A stretch of DNA of 64,000 nucleotides from Hydrolagus affinis (taxonomy: Eukaryota). The stretch spans positions 1 through 64,000 of the forward strand of contig JAAILG010000932.1 of the NCBI GenBank assembly GCA_012026655.1, written 5' to 3'. The notes below the pieces were generated by a model. That model worked only from the letters and a program-made list of their open reading frames with translations. It searched no databases and had not been told where the DNA came from. Position 1 is the first letter of the stretch, and each line of letters opens with the position of its first letter. Positions 14,024 to 26,765 of the stretch are shown here, piece after piece. The position numbers and the translations under genes are program-made.

Positions 14024-14218
14024 CAAAACACAAAATACTGCAGACGCTGGAAACTGAAACAAACAGAGAGAGTTGGGAAAACTCCGCAGGTCGGGCAGCA
14101 TCTATGGAGAAAGGAAAGTGAGTCAACGTTGGTCAGAAGGGTCTTGGACCCAAAACGCTGACTCACTTTCCTTTCTCCAACAGATGTTGCCTGGCTTGTT
14201 CTTTGACATTTGTTTCTG
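14024..14218. mobile_element. Penelope-derived palindromic element (inverted pLTR halves)
   Basis: AAATACTGCAGACGCTGGAA...GCAGGTCGGGCAGCATC start; perfect 21-bp inverted repeat at 14105-14125 / 14159-14179. Confidence 0.7.
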
Positions 14219-14469
14219 ATCTTGCGGCAGGTCTGTACTGGTCAATGACCTGAAAAAAAAGTGCATTAGTGAGCCAGGATCCCAGTCTACCTGCCGAAGC
14301 GTAATAGCACTTTTTCCATTGCATGACACTGTATGCAGCACAGTGTAGAAACTGGGGTTGCTTTCAGTTGGAGCTCTGTAAAGTAACTATTACTGGCTTA
14401 CTATATCCCTGATCACATCCATCAGCTCTGTTTTCAGCCACTTTCTTCACGCCTTATACTCACTCTTAA

Positions 14470-14600
14470 TTTCCCCCACAAAATACTGTATATAGTTAAT
14501 TCACATTGCAGTATACAGTATTCTGTGAAGCAGTTTGAGACATCTCAATGACCTGATGAGGTGCTATATCAAATGCAAGGAGTATTATTCATATTATTAT
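14470..14600 (+). mobile_element. SINE 3' fragment followed by a (TA)n microsatellite
   Basis: CAGTATTCTGTGAAGC...ATCAAATGCAAGG tail. Confidence 0.75.
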
Positions 14601-14662
14601 ATGTATATATATATATATATATTATATATATATGTGTGTATAATATATATATTTATATATAT
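14598..14662 (+). repeat. Imperfect (TA)n microsatellite
   Basis: Directly visible. Confidence 0.9.
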
Positions 14663-15489
14663 CACAGGCTGGCTGGGTTTTACTTTGACCACATTGGACC
14701 TGCTGGAATTAACTATTTGAAGTCATGGTGCCACAGGCCGTTCTAAATTACTACTGGGTCCTGTGCACCGATATGTCACAAATTGCAGTCCTGCAGTCCA
14801 GGTATTCTCGAGTGATTTTGACAATTCCGAAATGCCTGCGTCACCATTGCTCAACAAGAGGAATCGGATGAGCAAGGAAGCAACACATTGTGGGTCCCCG
14901 CTACTCACTGAATAGCGTCTATGATACAAGCTCCCCCACCCCTCTCTGTCTTGGCCTTGCAGCTTCGAGCTATTCTTGTGGAGGACCATAATATATAATC
15001 AGAAAATAGTAAGTCACCACCTCCCCTACCCCCCCAAGCAAGACCTTTAGTCTTCACTGATGCACAACTAGCTAAGGAATTTCATTCCCTTAATAGAGTG
15101 GTAAGTGGCTGTGGGCAATAAGTACGTTTTACAACCACGGTTATGGGCCTTCAACCTTCCAGCTAAGATTTCCAATTTATCTGCTGAGCTCTGTTGGGCT
15201 GAGTGACTCCCTAGAATACCGGAGTTTCTCTAAGCAATTATTAAATTATCAAAAAAAAGGGTTTAAATCAGGCGGCGCAGAAATAAATCAATCTCCAGCC
15301 TCTTGTTAGGAGTTTGTTATTATTTGTTATTTAGGCCTCAATACCAGTGATATGATTGGTTATGTTTAAGCTCTCACATGGAAGTGGTGAAGTTGGCAGT
15401 GAGTGCGTTGTGCGTTGGATGTTGACAAGGTGCAGTTATTGTGCCAATGATTTCCCACGTGTTCATATTTGAGCTGAGCAGAGCTTTCC

Positions 15490-15675
15490 TAGAATCATAA
15501 AATTATAGAGCACAGAAGGAGGCCATTCGGTCCATCGTGTCTATGCCGGTTCTTTGAAAAGAGCTGTCCAAATCAAACTCACTCCCCCCGTGCTCCCCCC
15601 ATAGCCCTGCAAACTTGTCCTCCCCAAATAATTTTCTACTTCTCTCTTAAATGTTGTTATCGAATCAGCTTCCAG
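15490..15675 (-). mobile_element. CR1 LINE 3' end
   Basis: GGACCGAATGGCCTCCTTCTGTGCT UTR and TATGATTCT tail. Confidence 0.88.
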
Positions 15676-16104
15676 AAGTAGAGGAAATCCAAGGAAAACC
15701 TGACTCCAGCACAATGGGACATCCTCCTGACATTATATGTACGTCGAGGCATTCTCAAATACACAGAAATAATTATAAATGGCCCTGGACTAGAAAACAA
15801 CTGTTACCCAGGGCAGCTGCTCCTTATCTCTAACCATAGACTCTCAATAAATCAAAAACTCGACTTCTTGCTGTTACTGTGTTGGTTGGGATCTTGATCA
15901 GCTGAGCAGGATAATGCCCAAAACATTGATATAGATCAGTAGTACTTTCACTTGAGAGAAAGGATTTAGCTCTTGAGGCACCATCCTGCATAAAGGGCAC
16001 TATATAAATACAAGTTGCTGTCGTTGTGATGTTTTTATTTTAAAAAACAAATAGCTGTGGCAATGCAAAAAACGATAGATTGCAATCCTTCTTACTTTGA
16101 TGGA

Positions 16105-16474
16105 ATAATAATAATAATTATTATTATTTTTCCATTTGATATAGCCTGCACCTTCGACACGCCTCCAAACGCCTCACAATCCTGCAAAGTGAATTGACTA
16201 CAATTAGTGGACGAAGCTCAGCAGCCAATTGCGCACAGCAGTGTCCCACAAACAGTGTTGGATTGAGTGACCTTTTTTGTCTTTTAATGAAAAAAGGCAT
16301 TTTTTCAACCCCCAAAAAGGCAATCAGTCAATCGCCAGCAACCGGGTTCCTACTTACTGCGAGGTAAACAGAGACGTGTGGAGTAAGGAATCTTGCCCAA
16401 TGTTTCGCCCTGTTGGGAATCAAACCCAGGTCTCTTGCTTGTGAGGTGAGTGCTCTAACCATTGCGCTACAGGA
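16105..16474 (-). mobile_element. tRNA-derived SINE, diverged variant with an extra internal segment
   Basis: Reverse-complement head at 16380-16474, body at 16190-16270, (ATT)n tail at ~16105-16126. Confidence 0.8.
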
Positions 16475-18265
16475 ATAAACAGGACATTCCACAGTTCCAT
16501 TCATTTTCCTTCTTGCGTCTAAGAAAGGAATGTATGAATGTGCTGAAAATATGTGGAACTTTAAAGCAAAGCCACTGATATTTTTAAAGAGCTTTGTATC
16601 TAGTCAATATTTGTATATAGCTGCTTACACTTTAAATCAGTGGAATAATATCAGATTCATGTACTGAATCAATGAGATATCAATTCACTATTTTTATTTT
16701 CCTACATATTTTGCTCTGCTCATCAAGAGGAGTGCCATCGGTGCTGGGGAAATGGAACACTTTCCCACTTTTTACACCCAAGCCTCAAGGCAATGTTTTC
16801 AATCAGTAACAAACACTTAAGTGAAAGGTATTAATTCTAAACGATATAATTATAACATATTATTATATCTGGTTATTTTTGTTCTTTAGTGGTTCTATCA
16901 TTTAAATCACCCTTCAGCATTCATTTAGGCACATATGAATTTTTTTTAATTTTAAATGTCAGCTAAAGAAAACAGCTAGAACTAAAAGGATATAAATATC
17001 TCCTTGCGTTGATAGCACCGGAAAGTGATTGTACGTCTTTTAGGCTCTGTGTCGGTGTGTGTGTCTTTATTCACATGAGTCGTGCTTTTTAACAATGACC
17101 AAGTAGGCAAATAATTGTACAAATTCCAGATTAAAGGCAAGTGAAAATCCAGATCTTTATCGCTCAATCCCCCAGCTTTTAATTTTCTTTTCTGTTCAAA
17201 GTCTCAATCTTTTTTAGTCCCTTTTTTACCAAACAAAACAAAACACACTCCAGCCCTGAGGCCTGTAGTTGATGGTTTCCTGTCCTGTTGAGCATTAGTG
17301 ATTTTTTCACATCACCTGGGCCCCACCAACCAAGCTGCTTCGGGCTACAGAACGTTTGCGTTAAGTGGTGGCCTTTGACATTGTGACAAGTAATGTCTGT
17401 TTTCAGCAGAGGACATGGCATAACGACATTTATCAGACATTGTTCCTCGAACAGCTCCATCGGGTGAAATCAATCTTAAATGCAGTCGAGCGGAGACCAT
17501 GCCGCAAAGGGGATCCTTAGTACTTTTTATTCAATTGTTATTGGGAAGCAATACCCTAAAATGTGTCTCCTTCAGGGTGCTATAATTACAAAGCTATTAC
17601 CTGTTTAAGAAAAATAATGTGTTATTTATCAAAATGTTATCTAAGAGAGTGATATTCGCCACATGGGAAGTTAACTCTTTCTTGTTAACGCGGCAAAACG
17701 GTTAGGTGGCTCCTGGGAAACACGTACAATTGGAACGTCACACCTCAAAGGGAGTGGAGAGAGAGGAGTGGATGGGTGTCCTCTCATCACTGGGACTCGA
17801 CTGTTAAAACCCAGCCTAGACTGATGGATGGATAGACTGTCTTTGCTCCCTGCTCTCTGTAAAAGTCCTCAGGGAAATGGGCAAGTCCATAACTCAACAG
17901 TAATTTGGGAATCTAGCTCAGTTGGGCCAGAAGGATCCCTGCTGTGGCCAATGGCAATGTTACTTTGGTGCCAGTAGAGGGTGTTCATCTGCTGAAAAAA
18001 AATAAGATGTTTCAATCAATGTAGGCTTTAAATCGACAATTAATTGTCAATCTCACCAAGTATGGTGACAGGATGAGAAGTGGTAAATATTAGATAGCTC
18101 CAGTCAAAGACGCTCTTTGAGACATCTCAAAGATGTGATACGGCATTAAATCAAACGCAAAGATTGTTATTATTACTTTGCTGTGGTGCACTGTTGGAGC
18201 AGAAGAAGAGTTTTACTCTGCCTTTAACCTTGATCATTCACTTCTTTGGTTGTTCATTCGTGAAA

Positions 18266-18587
18266 CTCCTGGAGCTCAGTGGTTCGAGCACTCGTTTTAC
18301 AAGCGTGAGACCTGTGTTCGAATCCAGGCAGATCAGGGTGAAACCATGGGCAAGTTTCCTTACACCACATGCCTAATAATAATACATCCCCCAAAAAACC
18401 AGGAATAAATTGGTCATTTCCAACCACGATGGTTTGTGGGACAGTGAAGTGTACAATTGGCTGCTGTATTTCACCCACAAACATACAGTCAATTCACTTT
18501 ATAGTATATCCATGAAGCACTTTGAGACGTCTAGAATACGTGAAAAGCTACATCAAATGCAAGGAGTATTAATATTCTTATTATTAT
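18266..18587 (+). mobile_element. tRNA-derived SINE, full length
   Basis: Head GAGCTCAGTGGTTCGAGC...GTTCGAATCC, conserved body and tail. Confidence 0.92.
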
Positions 18588-21500
18588 GAGACATTGTTGT
18601 CTGCAAATTGGATGTTTACAAGATATACATATATCCTATGGTGAGCTTTGAGTTGTCTACATGAAAAGTGCTCTGTTAAGTAAAAGGATTATTTTTATTG
18701 TTATTATTATTAACCATGTTGCTGTTGTCTGAGGAGTATTTGAAGCTGACATTAGCTATAGTGAGTACTCTGGTGAGTAGCTCAAGTAGCTCAAAGCCTT
18801 GGCAGTGGAGGTTTGGTGTAAAATGAGTTTGGGAGAGTCCCACTTCAGTTCATTGTGGTTGTGAGCTCAAAGCATAAAATTGCACTCAGATCAGCACCAG
18901 ATTATACCAAATTAGCAACCTCACTCAGAGAGATTATGAGATGGCTAGTGTGAGTTTGTCAGATGTTGTGGCCAAGGCACATTGTTGGCAATAGAACAGA
19001 AGGAGTTTTGCTTCGCATCTAAGTTACGCTAGAACTGACCAGAGAGCGGCATTGACATTGAATGCCAGAAATAGGAAAAAATATTTGACGTTCCAGTATT
19101 GACACCTAGATAAGCCCGGAATTCACCCCCAAAAAACAAGCAATGGAAAGAATGAAATGGAACCTGCTATGTCTAGATGATGAAGTATTCAAAATACGAC
19201 TGAGAAAACGACCAATTGAAAATTGATGACAAAGTGCAGCTGTCCGTGCTGTGAGGATTTTTATACAAAGAAGCGGTAACAAATTTATTTGATTGACCAC
19301 ATAAAGAAAGCTGCAGAACGCAAGCAAAGGGAAATCAGACCATAAGTCATTTTGTGCAAAAGATTTAGAACATTACAAACCCTGGACTTTCACATTTCGC
19401 TTCACAACATCCGAGAAAGTGAATGTTCTTGCTGTTTCCAAAATCTTTTCACTCTCTCAGCTGCAGATTAGATGCAGGTTTTAAGTAGATTTAACCAAAA
19501 AAAACACTTCTAAGCAGAAAAAAAATGGTTTGCAGTTCAGAGACTGCAGGCGATTCATCATAGAAATTAGGTTTCTCAGGCAACATGGACTGAATCCCTT
19601 TTTTTGCCGTGTCGACTATTTAATTCATAATATGGAAAATGTAAATCGTGTTTGAAAAAAAGCATCTCTTTCAATTTAGTGTGAAGGCATTTGGAGAGCT
19701 GTAATTCATCTTCAGAAAATAATAAAAAAATGAATTTACTTTTTCATACAGTGGGTTCCAAAGAAGAGATTGTTTGAATTGCGTGGGTCGAGAAGCAGAG
19801 CCCTTTAGATACAAGCGATGAAACACAAATTTGCCTTATTAGTACGTCTGTCAATTTCACTTTGATTGAAAAGGTGCCAATAAAAGTTAATCCCAGTAGG
19901 GACAAAAAAAACTGTGTTATCCAACAATTACCTTAACTATTTAAATGAGGATATTAAATTATTTGGAGAATAATGAAGGATCTCCTGTAGCTTTGAGTCA
20001 TTACCTACAGAATGCATTACTTCCTTAAGCTTAAATACAAGAGTTTGCAGCTTTAGCAATGGCAATTTTGCATTGTTCAGACTATTGAGAATCAGAGAAG
20101 GCTATGTACTGCTTGTTTGTACTCTGAGTGTGTTAAAGAATTATTCAAGCAATGAACATGGCAGATGGCCCTTGCCCCAGTTATGCTGCCACGTGTATCC
20201 AGAGCCACAGATGTGCTGACTACTTTCACTACTCGATTGAGAGAGAAAATATTCCATCAACCAAACAGGGTACAGCACTCCACAAGAAATCAGGACAATT
20301 TCAAGACTCTGAGCTTTTATTTATGAAGTGTGGCTTGCAGAGCTAAAGTTGTTTTTATTGGTTAAAAAAAATAAACTGGGGAATATGCATGTCTTCAGTA
20401 TGTTGAGAAGCACAGATGATGTCCATATTAAAAGGCTATTTGACAAAGACCATGAAAGCAGAGAAAAAGCAAATAGTTTTAAAACTAGAGCTTTTAGTGG
20501 AAAGAGAGATTAGAAGAATTCTGTTTCTCACATGGTTAATATGTGCAAACAGCTCCAGTTGTTGGGGAAAATGAGTTTCTTCATAAAGGATAAAGATCTG
20601 TTTGGGAGCTGTATGGGATACAGTGATTGAGGCGTAAAAAATCTATTGTGCATAGAAAAGGAAGATCGAATAGTAAAGATGTGATGGGATGGTTGAATGT
20701 TCTGGAGTTTGTGTTTAATTGCCTTTGGAGATCAGGGAGTACTGTTCTCTGGGAACATGGGTGGGTGGGTGGGGTGTAGTCCAGCAGACCAGGTTCTGCT
20801 CCTGGAAGGAATGGGTTCATTGAGCTCACTGATCTCAATCTGTAACCAAATTCACTGATCAATTCCAGAAATCCACAGAGCAAACAACAATCTGAATGGA
20901 GAAGAAGCAGGGACTGCAGCAAAGGTACTGCGCAGGAGAGGGTTAACTGGAATAACTGCACGGCGGAATTTAATGGAGCATTTAGTCTCCAATTAAACAA
21001 TTCAAATTCATAGACTGATCATTTATACTTATACTTTATACGCTAAGTATTCAGTGAATTATTTTATAACCATTAATGACTAATTCTTTTTCTCAGCTTT
21101 GTAGTTAATGAATCACTGTTATTCCACTGAGAAAACTAAACCCAGGAGCTTAACAGACCTTTTAGAAAATGTTCTTTTATGCAAGTTTAACTTTTGCTTA
21201 ATACTTAAAGGAGTGGAATTCATTCGTTTCCTGTAATTGTTTTATTCGCATAAAGATATACTTAACCTCATCTTCCGAAAAATATTACAGTTTTAATTTT
21301 GTTTGTAGAAAAGAAACTTTGTAAAGACCTGGCGTATATTTCTTTCAAGACACCTGGAACGGAGAACCAGGAGATATGAAGGGTTCCTAGATTTAAATTC
21401 TGCTTGGCTTTGTGATATGAAGGTCTTCAGGATCCACATGACATTTAATCCAATGAATACCAAGAAGATATCAAAGGCTACACCATAAAACAGGCCAGGG

Positions 21501-22524
21501 TGAAATGGAAAACATTTCTGATGAAGTATGGATACTCTACTGAAATTGGGGCTACTGCATGGATTTGGGCAGGGCAGAAAAAGTTGTAACTCTATCTCAT
21601 CCACATTGTGACTGGCCTGGACTGCTTAATGATAACAATGGGAGCATTTAATGTAAAAAAAAAGTGTTCTATTTACCAACGCTGACATAGAAATTCAAAT
21701 AGGCTAATGGTACCAGAATAAGATTACAAAATATCTTAATTTATATGTTAAGTACGTAATTCCAACCTCACTATGTATAAGTGGAACTAACTACAGTACC
21801 TTTTTTTAATGAGCGCAAAATTCACTGAAGACAATGAAGATAAAGCTAAATCAAGTATCTTCACTCCAAGCTACGTCCTGTGTTCTCAAACCTAGATTAT
21901 AAAATAAATGGAACTAAGAATCTCAGCAATTAAGGATGACCCAAGTGTTAAACCAGTGAACTGCAGACTCAGTCAGGAACTTTGCCTCAAATGGCATTCG
22001 CACTCTGGTGCACTTATTGGATCAGCCTCCTTCATTCTTTATTGTATATAACACAGGCGAGTGAGTGTGTCAGATACAAAACACATCTCAGGGTTCACAG
22101 GTCAGCAAGCTTTGTTTTGTGTTTATCCAAACCCTTCAATGTGTTGCTGTCTCATAACTCACTCCAGCCAATGCATCCTTTGGGATTCAAACTCAAGCTT
22201 CCTCTTCAGGAGTTCAAAGCTGTAGCTTGTGGCTACAGTGTATTTTATGGTAGCCGCAGAACTCCTGCAAGCTGATTATTATGTTACTATGATTACCGCA
22301 TTATTCACACCTCATTCCAGAGCACAATAGGGGCAGATGTTTGCATGAGCTTTTCACTTGCACAGAAAAGCAGCCTTCAGACAAGGATTAACTTACTTCT
22401 GTCCTCATATGATATTTACTACTGTAATATTGAACGGAAACAAAGACCAGGAAAAAGAGGAAAAAATATGATAATAACAATGTATGTGAATACAGTCATG
22501 TTGATTAGATTAGAAATAGGTTTA

Positions 22525-22890
22525 CAAAAACACAAAATACTGCAGATGCTGAAACAAAAACAGGAATCGCTGGGAACACTCAGCAGGTCAGGCAGTATCT
22601 ATGGAGAAAGGGAAAGTGAATCAATATTTGGGGTCCACAACCCTTCGTCAAAAGTGGGGCATGTTGGGAGGGAGAGGCTTTTAAGGACTAACAGGGAGGG
22701 GGAGGCAGGACAAGGAAGACAGTGGAGAAAATGGGTTGGAGGGCAAAAGATGATGTGTTAAAGAGGTGTTAATGTTGTGAAACAAAAGCGGGGATCGCAA
22801 CAAAACTGGAGAGAAGAGATGTTAATAAGGTTAAAACAAAGCGGGGTGAATTTTGCTGCCTGTTCCCAGCGATTTCAGCTTTTGTTTTAG
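22525..22890. mobile_element. Penelope-derived element, same family as 14024
   Basis: AAATACTGCAGATGCTG...CTCAGCAGGTCAGGCAG start; inverted terminal GTTCCCAGCGATTTC. Confidence 0.7.
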
Positions 22891-23574
22891 AAATAAGTTT
22901 GTCCGTAACAATTATTCACTTTCCTTTCCCTTGTTTATGAAAAATAAAGTTTCATTTGCTAGCGAATTTGGGAGGGTGTGAGATGTAAATGCTGGCAATT
23001 CTGTATAATACTCCTGCATATTTTGCACCCAGGCTGAATACCAAACGCATCCATGTCAGGCTCCCAAAACAATCTGTTATCCCTATTGTCCCTCACCCTA
23101 TTGTCCCTCATGTCACTTTCCATTTTGAATACAGCAATCATGTATGATTTATCTTTCTGAGTAGGGTTACCAATTGGGCAATTCAAGGTCACTTCTACAC
23201 TGTTGACCTATGGCCACATTAATGTGGGTTGTCGTATCCGCAACTCGTGCCACTTAGTGGAGACTTTCTCTCCTCAAGCCACATTAGAATGGAGACCAAA
23301 TCTTGTTGGTGAAAGGACTAATTTTTATGTCTGGAAGACATGATGAGGTGCTATATCACATGTGTGGATTACTATTATTGTAACAATTGCACCACCCAAC
23401 TGTTTTCTATTGTTTTTTTAAAAAAAACACAGAGAACTACTAACAGAATTACCAATAAAACAGATTAAAAGAAAGTTTGCACAGCATTGACAGTCAGACT
23501 GATGCACATTCATCAACATCCTCCTCCTAAACTACTTTGACTGTGTGATCTATTACCACATCCTGGTCTCTTGT

Positions 23575-23845
23575 GCTTAATAATCCCTCAAGAAAAACAA
23601 ACAATAATAAATTGGTCATTTCATTCCACGACTGTTTGTGGGACACTACTGTGTGCAATTGGCTGCCACATTTCGCCCACAGATATACAGTCAATTCACA
23701 TTACTGTATAATCTGTGAAATGCTTTGAGACGTCTAGAACACATGAAAAGCACTATATCAAATGCAAGGATTATTATTATTCTGTGAAGCGCTTAACGTC
23801 TCAATGGCATGATAAGGTGCTACATTAAATGCAGGGATTATTATC
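23575..23845 (+). mobile_element. 5'-truncated SINE followed by a second tail
   Basis: Body and tail to ~23780, then another CTGTGAAGCGCT...AATGCAGGGATTATT tail. Confidence 0.85.
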
Positions 23846-24225
23846 ATAAATTCACAAATTAAGAATAACTACTGAGATCAGGAGAGCTACACTCATGCAG
23901 CGAAATTGTGTTGCCAATTGAGAATCAGTCAGGAGAAGAGCAAAGAAATGTAGTATTTGATAACAATGGAGCGTGGGACAGGCATTGAAGATGCAAACTA
24001 TTCAACACAATCTTCATTGTTAAAAAAAAATCTGAAATTACCAGCAGCTTCTGTAAAGTACAACAATTGATTTTGTTTTGAAAATGAATGTCCTTAGCAC
24101 AATGCGAATAACACAGTGTGCGTCACAAAATATGAAAGGTAGGCCTGATTTGCTTTGATTGTACCCTTTTATAATATCTCTTGGATCAATAAAGGAACTC
24201 TGAGTTCAAAGTGAAGTACATTCTG

Positions 24226-24368
24226 GAGTCCTGTCGTAATTAGAACACTCGCCTTGTAAACGAGAGATCTGGTTTTGATTCCCAGCGGGTCAGGACAAAA
24301 CATTGGGCAAATTTGCTTATTCTACACGCCTAACAATAATCCCTCAAAAAGAACAATAATAAATTGGT
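24226..24368 (+). mobile_element. SINE 5' half, fused to an inverted copy
   Basis: Head GGAGTCCTGT... through AATAAATTGGT, then an abrupt switch of strand. Confidence 0.85.
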
Positions 24369-24371
24369 AAA

Positions 24372-24641
24372 TACGTCTTCTAGGTGTCTTAAAGTACTTC
24401 ACAGAATATACTGTAAAGTGAATTGACTGCCTATATGTTGGCGAAACGCGGCAGCCAATTGCGCACAACAGAGTCCCACAAACAGTCGTGGATTGATATG
24501 ACCAATTTATTATTTTTTCGCGGGATTATTATTAGGTGTGCGGAGTAAGGAAACTTCACCCAAGGTTTCGCCCAGCCTGGAATTGAACCCAGGTCTCTCA
24601 CTTGTAAGGCGAGTGCTCTAATCACTGAGCCATAGGACTCC
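24372..24641 (-). mobile_element. tRNA-derived SINE lacking its extreme 3' tail
   Basis: Reverse-complement head ends GGACTCC at ~24641; body conserved. Confidence 0.9.
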
Positions 24642-24793
24642 ACATGAGGGGGAAAGGGAAGGGGGATACACATTCTGGTGGGTGAAGCCTCCCTGTTGCG
24701 TATAAACATAGTTGCATGGACAAGTTCAGTTTCCTTGGTGTTGCTTTGCTCTCTGTGGGTAACTGTGTCTTTTCTGATAGGATAATTGCAAAT

Positions 24794-25190
24794 TCATAGA
24801 ATCATAGAATTTTACAGCACAAAAGGAGGCCATTCGGCCCATCTAGTCTGTGCCGGCTCTTTGCAACTCAATCCCACTGCCCCGCTCTCTCCCCATAACC
24901 TAACAGGCCTGTTCTCCCTAAATAAAGATCTAATTCCCTTTTAAAAGCTGTTATCGAATCGGCTTCCACCACCTTTTCAGCCAATGCATTCCAGATTCGA
25001 ACAACCCGCTGAGTGAAAAAATTTCTCCTCAGCTCCCCTCTGCTTCGTTTTGAAACTGTTTTAAATCTGTGACCACGAGTCACAGATTCACCCACCAGTG
25101 GAAACGTTTTTCCTTATTCACCTGTTGAATTCCCTGATGATTTCATAAACCTCTATTAGGTCTCCTCTCAACCTTCTCTGTTCCAAACAG
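24794..25190 (-). mobile_element. CR1 LINE 3' end
   Basis: TRGHRFK...RRNFFTQRVVRIWNAL...AFKRELDLYL ORF2 C-terminus; GGGCCGAATGGCCTCC UTR; (TTCTATGA)n tail. Confidence 0.95.
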
Positions 25191-26364
25191 AATAAAGAAA
25201 TACCTTTTTTCAATTTGAGTTACTTACGAGTTGCTAACTTTTTCATTAAACTATCGACTACCATCCAGAAAGCAGGCTTTGTGACGTACATTAATCTACT
25301 GTTTTATCCAATAGTTCAGGATTAATATTTCAGTAACAACACTACCCTGATGTTTGAGTAGCTAAGGGTTCATTTGCTTTAGCCAGCCACAGTCTATAGA
25401 AACATCTACCCAATGCACATTTCATCATGTTGTGTCATTTAATAAAAATGATTCATGAGACTTTGATTGAAAATAAATGAAAAGCAAATGAAGTTTTAGT
25501 TTATGATAATCAAAGGAGCACACTGTGAGCCTGAACGGGTGTATGGTGGATTATTTTGATGAGGCGAACTTTAACAAGGGCAGTCACACCAACATTTTAT
25601 TGTCGTGTGTACCGAGAAAAGCATGTTTGATAAGTATGAAAGAAGACCTCAGGAAAATTCAATGGCTATAACATGACAGGGTGGTGCACTGTCCAGCTCC
25701 ACTCCACTAAAGACACAATAATAAAAGCTTTATTGCTTGTAAATTTTAATAACTACTGTTCTGAAATCTCTCTGAAATCTGCTTGAATGAGCAAGTGTTT
25801 AAATACAAATTTAGATCTGAATTTTGGATTCACAAACCCAAGCCTTAGAGATAGCTTGTTACACATTGGCAATGACTGCATAAAATCAACAGAGGCAAAT
25901 GTGTTTACTGACTAATGTTCTTGTTTTAACTTGTAATCCACTAGATTATGTGTGAATGGGCAATGCTTCCTTTGAGAATTAGTCATTCCGATTGAAACAT
26001 TTGTTAGGGGATTGGGGTTGAGCAATGGGTTAGAATGCTCTTCCTTCATCTTGTGACTTGGGTTGGAATGAAGGTCAGGATGATAGGTTGATAGAGTTTC
26101 TAGCAGGTGCTTTTCAGAAGATGAAGCACATTGTTTAGTCTGTGTAAAGGGAACTTTATTCTATATCTATCCCATTCTGTTACTGATCTAGGAGGTATTG
26201 GGCACCCAAAATGGAAAACAGTTCCTCAGCAGGAACATAACACCTGTGCTTCAATGAGCACAAAACATTTCCAAAATTAACATCAAATCATTTAATATTT
26301 TGTTAATAAAACAACACCTTGCCTTTGATATAGCGTCTTTCACTCCAGGAGGATGTACATGTAA

Positions 26365-26595
26365 TAATGATAATTCTTGCATTTGTTATAGTGCTTTTTA
26401 CATCTTCTAGACAACAACAACAAAATTACATTTATAGAGCGCCTTTCACGTCGGGAGAATGTCCCAAACCACTCAAAGTGCTTCACAGAATACACCATAA
26501 AATGAATTGACTGTATATTTCGTGGGGGAAACATGGCAGCCAATTAGGCACAGCAGTGTTCCACAAACAGTCGTGGATTGAAATTACCAATTTTT
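26365..26595 (-). mobile_element. SINE 3' half with a nested L2 3'-tail fragment (~26412-26468)
   Basis: SINE tail interrupted after TTCTAGA by CAACAACAACAAAATTACATTTATAGAGCGCCTTTCACGTCGGGAG. Confidence 0.85.
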
Positions 26596-26604
26596 CAAAT
26601 AAGT

Positions 26605-26765
26605 ATAGCATAGGAACAGGAGTAGGCCATTCAGCCCCTCTTGCCTGTTCTGCCATTCTATAAGATCATAGCTGATCTGTACCTAATCTCCAATTATCCA
26701 CCTTTACCCCATATCCCCTGATACCCTTAGCTAACAAAGATCTAGGCATCTCAGTCTTGAAAATG
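26605..26765 (-). mobile_element. CR1 LINE 3' end (second subfamily)
   Basis: GGGGCTGAATGGCCTACTCCTGTTCCTATG terminus. Confidence 0.85.
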
